NCBI GenBank assembly: GCA_016748015.1
Contig: JAAOMT010000328.1
Coordinates: forward strand, 310,001 to 374,000
Source: Geosiphon pyriformis uo1
Lineage: Eukaryota > Fungi > Glomeromycota
DNA: 64,000 bases
Direction of reading: 5' to 3'
The position numbers and the translations under genes are program-made. Positions 52,222 to 64,000 of this stretch are shown piece after piece. Every line of letters starts with the position of its first letter. Positions within the stretch are counted from its first letter, which is position 1. The notes beneath the pieces were generated by a model that had not been told where the DNA came from, searched no databases, and saw only the letters and a program-made list of their open reading frames with translations.

Positions 52222-54285
52222 ATGTCAAAGATGTTATCATAAACTGAAAAATTTTTATTATTATTATTGTCATCATCATCATTATTTATATCATTATTAT
52301 CTGATACTTTTTCTAAGCAGCCCATTCACACTTCTTTTTTAGGTTTGTTATTTCTTTCTGCATTATAGAAGTTATAGCACCAACAGCTTTAATTTGCTTA
52401 GCCAATCCAGCCACACTTTTTTTTATTGACACATCTATGGCCAACAGATTCAATTAAAAATTTTATCAACAAAGAAAGTTTACTAAGATGAAATTCCAAA
52501 AAAGCCAATTTAGATTTAACAGCATTATTGGGAGTGGAAAGAACAACAGACAACATGAATGTTGAAGCTTTCGAAAGATCACCAAAAGCTAAGTCCATAT
52601 CAACAGTAGCAACAACAGAAAAAACTACAAAGACAACAGCTTTGGCATAAGATTTAAATTTAGCAAATAAAAATTTAAAAACTTTGGGACCACTAGCAGA
52701 GTTAAAAGAAAATTTGGAAGGAAAAGGTAGTGACATTTTGCAGTCTATAACCAAATAATTCAAGTCTTAATACTTGTAGTAGCAGTGATATTCAGGAGTT
52801 TTTTACCAGATATAACAATTATACAAGATACCAGTTTTTGACATAGCAATATCCAAAGATTCCAAGAAATTAAAGGTAATCACAACATAACATTAACATT
52901 AGTATAATTCAAGAGAACAAAAAATGAAACATGTTTGGCCACCAATTTGAAAGACCAACTTATTTATCTTAAAGACAGTATAGCCAAAGAAAAGATTAAC
53001 CAACTTAGCTTTAAAGACATCTCTTAAAGTAATAACCTTTTTTTGGTTAACAACAGAGAAAATTCTAATACTGACTTTTCTAACCAGAACAGACCAGTAA
53101 ATAAAAGCAGCAGCAGCAGAAAAAGTGTCTTTGAATTGAATTACAGCATACTGCCACAAGTCAGCAGACTTTAACTTAACTAAAGTGGCAACACCAAAAA
53201 TGTCAAAAGCAGCTTTGATGTTATCAGAAGAGATACTCAAAGGTACATTATAAAATACAACTAACAGAGGAAAGAAAAAAACAGAGGCCACACCAAAAAA
53301 CCATACAATCTTAAAAGTGGTCAAAAAAACTTCATTACTAATGGTCATTTTGGTGGCACTATTTAGACTCTTTTGAGATGCAAATTCCATACAAAACAAC
53401 TTAACAGTATATGGTAAAACTGATTTAAGCCCAATACAACCAGACAACAACTAAAATAAAAAACTAAACAGGGCCATTTTAATCTTATATGTAGCACCAA
53501 ACACTAGAATAGAGGCCACTCATTCAAAAAACTTTTGGTGACTATTTACATTCACTCAAGCATCACTATCAACAACACCAGAAATTGGAGGAGGAATAGT
53601 TGATTCTATTTTCATCTGATCAGTCCAATCTTTGAGATTATCTAAAGTGATAGACTGTTTTGCTTCTATTACAGATAATGATTTGCTAAAAAGTACCACA
53701 TCAGACAATACAGCCAGTAATTAATTTTGTTCTATCTTGAAAGATGTACTATTGCTGTTGTTATCTATATCAAGAAGAGAGCTGGCTGCTGCTATGGAGA
53801 TCTTTTCTAACCACAAAAAGGTTTGGTGTTATCATAGCAATTACAAATGCCTGCTGCTGTTTTTTGGCTTTTTTGGCTTTTTTAGCTATTTGTAAAGCAA
53901 TAGTAGTAGTAGTAGTAGTAGTAATAGTAAGAGTAATAAGAGCAGAAAAAACCAACTTGTTAACTAGTCTGTTATTAAAAATCTTTGGGCTTTTAAAAGT
54001 GGTAGAAACAACATTGAGACTAATCTGAATGTGTTTTTTTGAAAGAATTTTAACAAAAAAAAAATTACTAGCCAAAAGTAAAGAAAATAAACCAAAAACT
54101 GCTAAAGACAGCTTTTTACTAATGTTTTTTAAAGGAAATGTAGTCAAAATATTTTGTCTAGCTGTTTCAATAACAAAGAGACTTTTTTGTGTTAAAACTT
54201 TATTAGTTATTATAAAAAAAGTAATGTTTGCAACTTTTTTACTTTTAGTTTTTGTTATGGTCATAAAAAATAGGAAAAAAAGAGT
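52222..54285 (-). mobile_element. Decayed LINE-ORF1-like element (RRM-like region and CCHC knuckle)
   Basis: Colinear ORFs 53770-54264, 52899-53450 and 52398-52763; decayed knuckle CYYKY*DLNYLVIDC. Confidence 0.6.
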
Positions 54286-54319
54286 TTTTTTTTTTTTTTT
54301 TTAAATAGTCAATTTTCTT

Positions 54320-55386
54320 TTTGGCTATATTGTTTTTAAGATAAGTAATTTGGTTTTTTAAGTTGGTGGCTGAACATGTTTTATTTTCTGCTCTTCTAAA
54401 TCATATAAATGTTAATGCTTTGTTGTGATTATCTTTGATTTTTTGGAATTTCTGAACATTGCTGTATTAAGACTAGTATCTTGCATAATTGTTATATCTG
54501 GTAGGAAACTCCTAGATGTCACTGCTGTTACAAGTGTCAAGACTTAGATTATTTGGCTGTAGACTACAAAATATTACCACCTCTCCCTTCCAAATTTTCT
54601 TCCAACTTTGCTAATGGCCTCAAAGTTTTCAAATCTTTATTTGCTGAATCTAAATCTTATGTCAAAGTTATTGTTTTTGTGGTTCTTTTTGTTGCTGCTG
54701 CTGTTGATATGGACTTGGCTCTTAGTGGTTCTTTCAAAGCTACAATATCTATGTTGCCTGTTGTTTCTTTTACTCTCAATAATGCTCTTAATGAACTTTT
54801 TTTATTAATAAAATCTATAGTTGAATCTGTTGGCTCTCTGGTTGTATTGATTACCAAATTGCTGTTTACTTCACTTACCATAGATATAACAGTAAAAAAA
54901 AGTGTGAGTGAATTGGCTAAACAAATTAAAGCTGTTGGTACTATAACTTCTATAATGCAGAAAAGAATAACAAATCTAAAAAAAAATATAAATGAGTCTG
55001 TTTGGAAGAAGTATTGAATAATGATAATATAGATAATAATAATGATGATAATAATAATAATAATAATAATAAATATTTTTTAGTTTATGACAATATCTTT
55101 AATATTATAATATATTTATAGAAAGATTAGTCCTCCAATATTAAATTCAATCCTTAAGAATAGTTATAAACTTGTTAGCATTATGAGTAAGATATATGAA
55201 TTAGATATGTTTAATATATAAGGTAGCATAAGTAGTACTAGTATGTAGTTAGGATTTTCTGCTTGTAGTTAGTTGTATCTTGTGATTTTGTATTATTGGG
55301 TAAGCTGACTTTATAAAAATGTTACAATTCTGTAAACATAACTAATAAACATCCAGTGTGGCTATATATTAACATAAAAAAAAAAA
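54320..55386 (+). mobile_element. 5'-truncated inverted copy of the same ORF1-like element, ending in poly(A)
   Basis: 54322-55110 aligns to the reverse complement of 52222-52990; A11 at 55376-55386. Confidence 0.65.
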
Positions 55387-55790
55387 GAACATTTACAAAA
55401 GATTTTTGATTTTTTCAAAAATGCTGGCCTTAAGATCAATCCTATTAAATCATTTTTTAGATAACAATCTACCCAGTTTTTTGGTCATTTTATTACAAAA
55501 GATAGAATTTTCTTTAATCCAGCCAAAGTTAAAAAAATTCAGAACATTAAACAACTAATGAATGTTTATAAACTATACTTTTTTCTGAATTGGCCTCTTA
55601 TTATCACAAATTTATCAAAAATTTTTCCAAAATCACCTTTTTTCTTAATCAGCTATTCAAGAAAATCGTCAATTATCACTGAAGTACATATTAACAAAAA
55701 GCATTTAAAACTTTAAAAGAAAAATTGGTTACAGAATCTATTCTTATACAACCTAATTTAGATCAATCTTTTATTCTTTATACTAATATA
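55387..55790 (+). mobile_element. Family B RT/RNase H fragment
   Basis: Direct match to 47436-47840. Confidence 0.85.
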
Positions 55791-55794
55791 TGCA

Positions 55795-56167
55795 AAAAAA
55801 AACTTTTTTCTCTCTTTGACTGCTACCACACAATTTACTATGCCTCAAATTTGGAAAATAAGTTTTTTGCAAAGAAATCTTTAATTATAATAAATTTTTA
55901 TTATCACAACAGACTTAAAAGTGTCTGATAACAATGTCAACTGTGAAGTAACACCAGTCACACAAAGAAGTACAAGTGAAGAGACTATTGATAGTGAATA
56001 CCAAATGGAGAGAAACATAACTTCCACTGCTAAAAAAGAAGATATTAATACTAATCCACGAAAATCATTAACTGTGAAAACTGCAAGACCTACTACACTT
56101 CTATTTAGATTTGAAACTACCAATAGACTATTTGGAAGTGTGAACACAAATAGTGGAAATGATATGC
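55795..56167 (+). mobile_element. Possible 5' end of a LINE-like element, target of the C2 insertion
   Basis: A-run then CTTTTTT start; low-complexity ORF from 55921. Confidence 0.35.
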
Positions 56168-59100
56168 TATTACAAGTGATTATTTGAGGTCTCAAAATAA
56201 ATAACAAACCTGTAATTTGATGCTTAATAGCAATATTAATGGTGGTGATAATCTGAAGGTTTTGGTTGTCTGAAGGTTTTGGGTTGTCTGAAGGTTTTGG
56301 TTGTCTGAAAATTTTGGTTGAGTCTTTTGTATAATAGACAGAGATTCAAGTAATGGATTTTATTCGTAACTTTCCAAAACTGCAGTTTCATCAATTTCTT
56401 TCTTAGCATAATGGCTGGTAGTCATCCTGGTAAGCTATTCTCAATTAAGTATCTACCCTTATTTTTGGGTCTTTTACCAATGCTATATCTTGATGTCAAT
56501 ACCTCTGCATGTTAATCCTCTTAATCAAGTTAGTAATAAAAAAAATCAAAAAGAAAATAAAAGAAAATAAAAAAGAGAAATAAAGAAAATTAAAGAAATA
56601 AGCCAAAGCAGTTTGCAAGTTAGTATCTTATTAATAACCATGATCAATAGCTATTGTTCTAGTATGGTTTAAGTATTAATTTCTATCAACATAAAGTGTT
56701 GATAATAGAAGTAGATTGTAGATAACAAATAATTATTTTTATTGATATTTGTGAATTTGGAAGGTTACTTAGATTAAATCTAAACTGAGAGGTCTGTTTT
56801 TTTTACTTCTAATACTACCACTATATATACATAATTGAGATTTCTCAATTCCTTAATTCTTCACATCAGGAATTCTGGAATTTCTGGAATCCTGCAATTC
56901 CTTTTGAGAAGAATCCTGGAATTCTGGAATCCTGCGATTCTTTGTATGAAAATTCTGAAATTCCTAGAATCCTACAATTTCTCTGAGAGAAATTTTACAT
57001 CTACTGTGCCTATTTCTGATTGGCTAATTTATATGCTAATATACTTCTTATATTCTATGAGTAACATTATTTTCTTCTTTTTAATATTAAGCTCCATCGA
57101 AATCTCCCAAATTTCTTAATTCTAATTCTTTATCTTTGAGTATTTCTTGAACTTCTTTTTTGAGAATTACTTGTGTTATTCTGTTCTGTAATTCTTCAAA
57201 TTGGGCATTGGTTATTTTTCTCATTTGGTTTACTATAATGGAGTCCATTTCTGAATTAAGTAAGATTTCTGGTCTGTCTTGAAATCCAGTATGTAGCTAA
57301 TAAATGGCTCTTGCTTATGTAGTCAAATTGTTTTTTCTCACAAATTGTTTCAGTTGTTGCAGTATAGTTGTGTCAAATAATTGTTTTGTTTTATCCGTGT
57401 ATAAGTTCTGAATGTTCAAATATTGTTTCAAGTGAAAATAACAAAAGTTTCTTGGAAATTTGTGTATTCACCATTTTCAAGTCTCTTTAGTTAACTCTTG
57501 ATATGTGGTAACACTTATTGGTTCTTCTATTGCCATTTTTATTTTCAAAATTATTTTGTCAATAGTGTTTTCTGTTTTCCTTTGAATTTTGTATTTGGGT
57601 ATTTTTTTAGTATCTTGGTATTAAATAGTTTATTGGTTAATAGTAATTTCCATATTCTGTTGTTGAATTAGTTGGAATAGTTGTTGTGCTAATGAGTAGA
57701 TGTCATCAGTGATCTCCATTTTTCTGAAGTCTTCTATTGCATTTACCATGTCTTTATATACTCTTTTATTGTTCAATTTTACATGTTTGATCCAATAATT
57801 ATAATTGGTTCCAGATCTCATGAAATTTCATCTGGTTGGACTAGTATTTGCTGTACTCTCAATTGTGGAATATTACTTGTGAATGGTACTATTATATAAT
57901 AATATGGTTTCAGTCAATCACCATGTGCTGCTTTGATTAAAATTTTGTTGTTTAATTTTAATTTATAAGCTCTATTTCCAAGAATTTTTTCTATGTAAAA
58001 TGGTCTATACCATTTGGGATCAAATTTTTTACTCTATTGTTTTTCCACTTTAGTATGATATAAAAGTACTTTGTCTCCAATCTTGAATTCAACTGGTTTA
58101 TTTGGTAGTTGGTTATCATGTCTTTTTTTTTGTTTTTTTTGTGACTTTTGGATGTTATCAGCTGCTCTTTACCATTTGTTTTCTAGTGTTTCCATTAAGT
58201 CATATGTTTTTCTTAACAATGTTTTCTGAAAATTGTCTTCAGTTATTGGTTCTGTTGAATAAATGTTGACTTCTATCTCAATTGGTAATGTTGCTGTTCT
58301 ACTATATACTAATTCAAATAGTGTTGTTTGTGTAGTGTCTTGCTTCATTGTCCGATAAGCAAATAATACTGATGATATAAACAAATCTTATTTGTTTTGG
58401 TTTTCTTGGCTAATTTTGGCTATTGCTTCACATAGTGTTCTGTTAAACTTTTCAACTAACCCATTTGTTTGTGGATGGTATGGTGATGATAATAATCTTT
58501 TTATCCCAAATTTTTGACTTAATTCTGTCAATGTTCTATTTACAAAGTGAGTTCCTTGATCTGATAGTAGTTTTTTTGGACATCTGTGTTGACAGATTAA
58601 ATCTTGATGAACAAATTTGGTAATAGATTCTGCATCTGCTCTTTGAATGGCTTTTGCTTCTGACCATTTAGTAAGATAATTCATGACTATTGCAATATAT
58701 CTGTTGCCTCTGCTAGTTATTGTTAATGATCCGACTAGATTAATTCTAATTTGATCAAATAGTTGTCCTACTTTGATCAGTCTCAATGGTTCACTGGGTT
58801 TTGTTCCTCTTTTTCTTTGACAAACATCACAATTTTGAACATATTAGATGATATCTGGATACATTGATGGCCAATAATATCTTTTTCTAATTCTTTCTAT
58901 AGTTGCTTCTTTATGAAAATATTCTGCTGTTGGATTTGAGTGCATGTTGAACAAGATTGTCTCTTTTTCTGGTTCTGTAATTACTCTGGTTGGTTGATTT
59001 GGATTTCTTTTATTCTTTCGATATAATATATTTTGGTGTGTAATAAAATATTTGGATTGTTGTTTGATGTTGTTTTGTTCTTTTTGAGATAATTTCTTCT

Positions 59101-62100
59101 TAAACAATTGAGTATTTATATAATATTGGAGTTGTTAATATTTTTGTATATTTATTTTTTTGTTATATTTTTTTTTTTTAGATTTGTCTCATTTGTAACA
59201 AACTATTGGCATTTTCATTTTTTTTTCCTTTTTATAATGTACTGTATATTTGTATGGTGCAAGTTCTATTTTCCATTGAGTATAGCGATTGTCTCCAAAT
59301 TCTTGTTTCTGGATTGAAGTCAATCCTTTATGGTCTGTGTAAATGTCAAATTTTTGGCTTAAGTATTTTTTTTATTTTATTACTGCTCAGTAAATAGCTA
59401 AATGTTCTAGTGCTGGTGTTCTATAGTTCTTTTCCACTGAGCTCAAACTTTGACTAGCATATACTACTAGATGTTTTTTTTCATCCAGTCCTCTCTGTGA
59501 TAGTACTGTTCCCAATGCTTGACTTAATACATCAGTAGTAATGATGAATGGTTTGCTGTAATTTGGATAAATCAATACTAGAGCTTGTATAAGCTTTTTT
59601 CTTAGTGTGTCAAAAGCTTCTTGCTGAATTTTTGTCCATTTATATTTTACATTCTTGGTTTGGAGTTGATGTAATGACTGAGCCAATTTAGAAAAATCCT
59701 TGATAAAGCTGTGATAGTACCCTGTGAATCCCAAGAATGCTTTTAGTTCTGTAAGATTATTTGGTACTGGAAAGTTCTTAACAACTTTAATCTTGTCTGG
59801 ATCTGTTTTGATGCCATTTTTGTTTATAACATGTCCCAAAAACTTGAGTTTAGTTTTCCCAAAGAAGCACTTATTTGTATTCAATTTCAGTCTTGCTCAT
59901 CTTAGTCTCTTAAATACTTGTTAGAAATAGTGAAGATAATCATCAAATGTTTTTGAGAACATGTTGGTGTCATCCAAGTATATAACTACTGACTTCCACA
60001 ATAGTTCAGTGTACACAATTTCTATTAACCATTGAAATGTGGCTGATGTATTCATTAATCTGAATGGCATAACTTCAAACTCAAAATTTTTCTCTCTTGT
60101 GGTAAATGCTGTTTTCTCTTTGTCGGCTGGATCCATGGCTACTTGTCAGTAACTACTATCTAAATTCAGTGTTGAGAACCATTTATTTCTTCCAAAAGCA
60201 TCAAATAATTCCTGTATTTGTGGAGTTGGATAACTATCTTTATGAGTAACACTATTGAGTTTTTTATAATCTACACAAAAGCAGATCTTCCCATTTTTTT
60301 TTCAGACTAGTATCACTAGTAATAATCATGGATTCATTGATGACTGAATTAGTCTATTGTCTAACATCTGGTTGATTTCTTGATGAATAATCTTATGGCT
60401 GGTTAATAGTACTTAATATGCTCTTTGTTTGATTGGCATTGCATTTCCAGTCTTGATCTAATGCTGGATAATGTTGGTACAGCCAAATTCATTTTCACTA
60501 GCAAAGATATCACTAAAATTGTTGAGTAATATTTTTAATTGCATCTGTTAGAATAGGTCTAGATTTTCTATGTTTATCTGTTCCAATTGTTCCAATTGGA
60601 GCAAATAACATTTGCTTTGTCTGTAAATGGTTTGTAATGTGATATCCACATATTCCAATTGTGTTGTAGATGGGAATTTTAATGTTTTTGGGGCTTTTGG
60701 CTTGTATATAAAGATTAGTGAGTCCAATTTTTCCTGATTTACAGATGGTGGCTTCTGCTTCAAACAATTGAGCTTGATCCTTTACTTCTCTTTTTATGGC
60801 TAATATATACTGGTTATATGGTGAAATGAAAATTGATTAATAGGTGGAGATAATTTCTCCCTTGTTAATAACTTCTTTTTCTGCCATATTGACTGGTATA
60901 TCTATTCTACTTATGGATCTGAATCTCTGTATCCCTTTTGCTATTATTCCTAATTCTTCTCTGTTTCCCACTGGTGCTAACTAAGCTATTTTAACCAGAG
61001 ACAGGAATATTGCCTGTGATATTTTTTTATTTGGCTCTATTGTATAGGCTTTTTCTGAGTTATTTTGTAGTATTGTAATGATATTTTCTATGTATCCTGT
61101 ATCAATTATTCTTTCTCTAATATTTATTCCTTTTTTTTTTAAGCTACTCCTAGATGCTAGTTGAATCATTGTTGTTGCTAGAATTTCCAGTGCTATTTTG
61201 AGATCAATACAGATGCATGAATGTGGTTTCAATTTGATGACATTTTTTCCTGGATATCTCAGATCAAATTCTGCATCAGTATTATGCGTGCATTCTGACA
61301 TGATACCTTCATTGTTATCACTAAACCATTTCAGTTTTTGCTTCTTGGTGAGATTCAGAAGTGCAATATATTGTTTGTAGTTTAGATCAGGATTCAAATC
61401 TGAGTTTAAATTATTGTCATTATTATTGCCATATTGAACAAAGCTGGAATTATTGTTTTTATTATTATCATTGTCAGAGTTTGAATCAGGATTGAAATTT
61501 GATTCTGATTCCAATGCACAGTTGCTGATTGGTTTTTTCTCTTCTGGGATCGTATAGATCATGTGTGGTGGTGGATTGTAAATGAAGTTACACTCATTAC
61601 AATATTAAAAGTCATATGGGATCAAACAGTGGTCATATAGTCAAGTGTTTATTTGGGCTAAATGCTGCTTTTGTTTCTCTCTTGTTGGTGCCAAATTTTG
61701 GTAGTGTTCATGGAATTTTTTTGGGCCTGCTTCTAGGTCCAGGAAAGCATCTGGGTTGGGAATCAGAACAATATTGATTGGTTCCAAAGGGTTGTTCTTG
61801 ATTTTCAATATTTTGCTGAACATGGTATCTTCTACTTTGGCATTCACTATCCACCAGATCTTGTCCTTGTCATGTGAGTAACCATCCAAACAAGAGATTG
61901 CACAGTGCCAAATGGCAATTATTGGCATACCACAACTTACCCAATCACTGATAAGGATTATGTACTGGCATAAAGTGTCACACAATTCTTCTCAACCAGG
62001 AATGTTATTCCATATTCCTTCATCAAGCAATTATTTGCTGCAAGCAAAACATGGTTCATTGTCCTACTTGTCTTGTTTTTTTGGGTAGCCATAGCATTCG

Positions 62101-64000
62101 CAATAGCAAGACTTGCAATAGTAATGGGTTCACGTTTAGTAATCTTTATCTGGTACAATTCAAGCTCTCATAGAAGACAATTTCTTTTTGTAGTTTTTAC
62201 ACCTAAGAGAAATATAAAGTGGTTTTGGTCTGGTATTTGTTGAGTATGTATTTCTCCAACCACTTGTTACTGTAGTGTCATTGGTCTCTTCAGATATATC
62301 TTTTTTCTTTTCTTTCTTTTTTCTTTTGTTTTTTTCTTTCCAGTCTAGAATTAGTGGTATTTCACTTTGGTTGTTGTTAGTTCACATGTTTTGAACAGTC
62401 CTCCAGATAAGTTCTTCTGTGTACTTTTCTTTTTTTTGTACATTTTATGAAAGTATTGGCAGTAGCTCATTGTAGTCCTTATCAGCCCATAAGACTTGAT
62501 AGGCTTCTCAAAAAGGTTTGCTTACTTCTTTTTTGAGTTCTATTAATAGTGCTAGCACATTGGTGGTCTTTAAATGATCATACATTGCTGCTGCTCATGT
62601 GTATTGGCTGTTTTGGCTGATTTGCAACTTTTAAGTAGTTCAGTCAAGCATTGTATTGGTTTTGGACAGCCAATCATTTTCAACTAAAGCTTGATATTAA
62701 GTGGTCTCCATAACTAATACTTTGATTGGCATGATGATGCCATTAATCTTTATAGAGAAGTCATTAATCTTGCTGATCAGAGTTTTGGTTGCTCTATTAA
62801 CAGTAATTATGCGTGTGCTGACAGCGTGATCAACTTGGCAACCTAATTGGTCTATGAGTTGTTGTGTAATGATGCTGCCAGCTGATCTACTGTCTAGAAT
62901 CAGTTTGATGGTATGGCCATCAACTTTCATGTCAGTGTACATGGCAGTGATCAGTTTGGTGTCAAGAGCAGCTCCACTAAATAATAGAATAGATGTGGTT
63001 TCCTCGAGTTTGAAAGGAAAAATAGCAGCTAGGGATTTGTCATTGGAGATAGTTGCTGGTGGAATATTGCTAGTAAGTGGCTGCTTCTGGTTGTGTTCCA
63101 GATTATTGGATGGAGCATCTTCTGGGGTAACCAAGAGACTTAAATAGTTCTGAGAATTCAGATTTTGGGCATGGCTGGTGCCTAAATTCTGTTGATGAGA
63201 TTCTGATTGTTGGGCTGATGAACTGGAGATTAGTTGATGAACTATTATCACCAATCTCCAGTTTTTTTGTGTCATTCTCAGCCTGTGTATTCCATTTTGA
63301 GGTAAGTTTTGTGGCAGTGTTTGAATTTGTTGGGATTGATAGATTACTAGTGGCTGTAATTGATATATTATTTGTGGCTGTGACTAATAAATTGGAGTTT
63401 AATATACTGATGGTTAATAGACTGGCTGCTGTGTTATTGACAGGTAAGTGGATTGATATTGATTTTGGTTTGAGTAAGGATTCAGGGTTTGAAACTGGCA
63501 GTTAGGATTTTTGTATTGATTTTCTGATTGTTGGTTATTGTTATTAGACTAGCAGTCAATTTTTAGATGGTCTTGTCTTTCACAGTTGTGACAAACACAC
63601 ATTTCTGGCTGCCACAACTGATTAGATGATAATGATCATGACTGATATTGGAAATGATTCGCATTTCCTTAGTTACTGCGTCATTGTGGAGGTTGATAAA
63701 TTGCCTGATTATTGCTAGCTAAGTATCTTTTTAGTTTCTGATTAATTGAATTACTAAATTGTTTCAATTTAAAATCCAATTCAGATGATTCATTTATTAC
63801 TAGATTTATGACTTGGGCATAGTTGGCTTCTAACTCAGCTGACTCAAAGTCCCTGGCGCATGTGACTGTATCTTAAAGAGTGGCTGCATGTAATGGATGT
63901 ACATGTTGAAGGATGCTACTGTGCAAACCATGGATGAACTAATTCAAGATTTGTGGCTCTGTAAAGTAGTTGGCATCAATTGCTTGAATTTGGCATAGAT
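56168..64000 (-). mobile_element. Family C Gypsy, copy C2 (5' part outside the window); 3' LTR 56168-57066
   Basis: gag; PR (LILDSRSAGS); Cys-rich region 61590-62220; dUTPase about 60915-61290 (DAEFDL, QLASRSSL, IIDTGY); RT (IYLDD); RNase H ending 59178; IN 57779-59155; ORF3 about 57080-57749. Confidence 0.93.

Overview
Eukaryotic, very AT-rich fungal DNA. The intron style, gene content and TE families suggest Glomeromycotina, possibly Geosiphon-like; this is an inference. About 85% of the window is nested, decayed transposable elements. Two CpG-normal gene islands (about 10.1-14.1 kb and 35.7-38.9 kb) hold three intron-containing genes: a poly-SIM protein with a degenerate RNase III domain, an NDT1-like mitochondrial NAD+ carrier, and a secreted HExxH metalloprotease-like protein. 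The TEs are four LTR families (A-D) with TGTTA...TAACA ends, several LINE-like fragments and two Tc1-like DNA transposons. A-C are Ty3/Gypsy; D is seen only as solo LTRs. 4-bp target-site duplications are visible for B-D. Four signals stand out. (1) A shared unusual Gypsy layout: the gag-PR-RT-RNase H frame (with a Cys-rich domain and dUTPase in A and C) ends at a conserved stop, followed by an apparently separate integrase ORF and a third, non-env ORF. (2) A shared AT(G/A)N target-site preference, with insertions landing inside other TEs. (3) RIP-like C>T/G>A hypermutation confined to repeats. (4) The SIM plus pseudo-RNase III host gene. All alignments were done by eye and no databases were searched.
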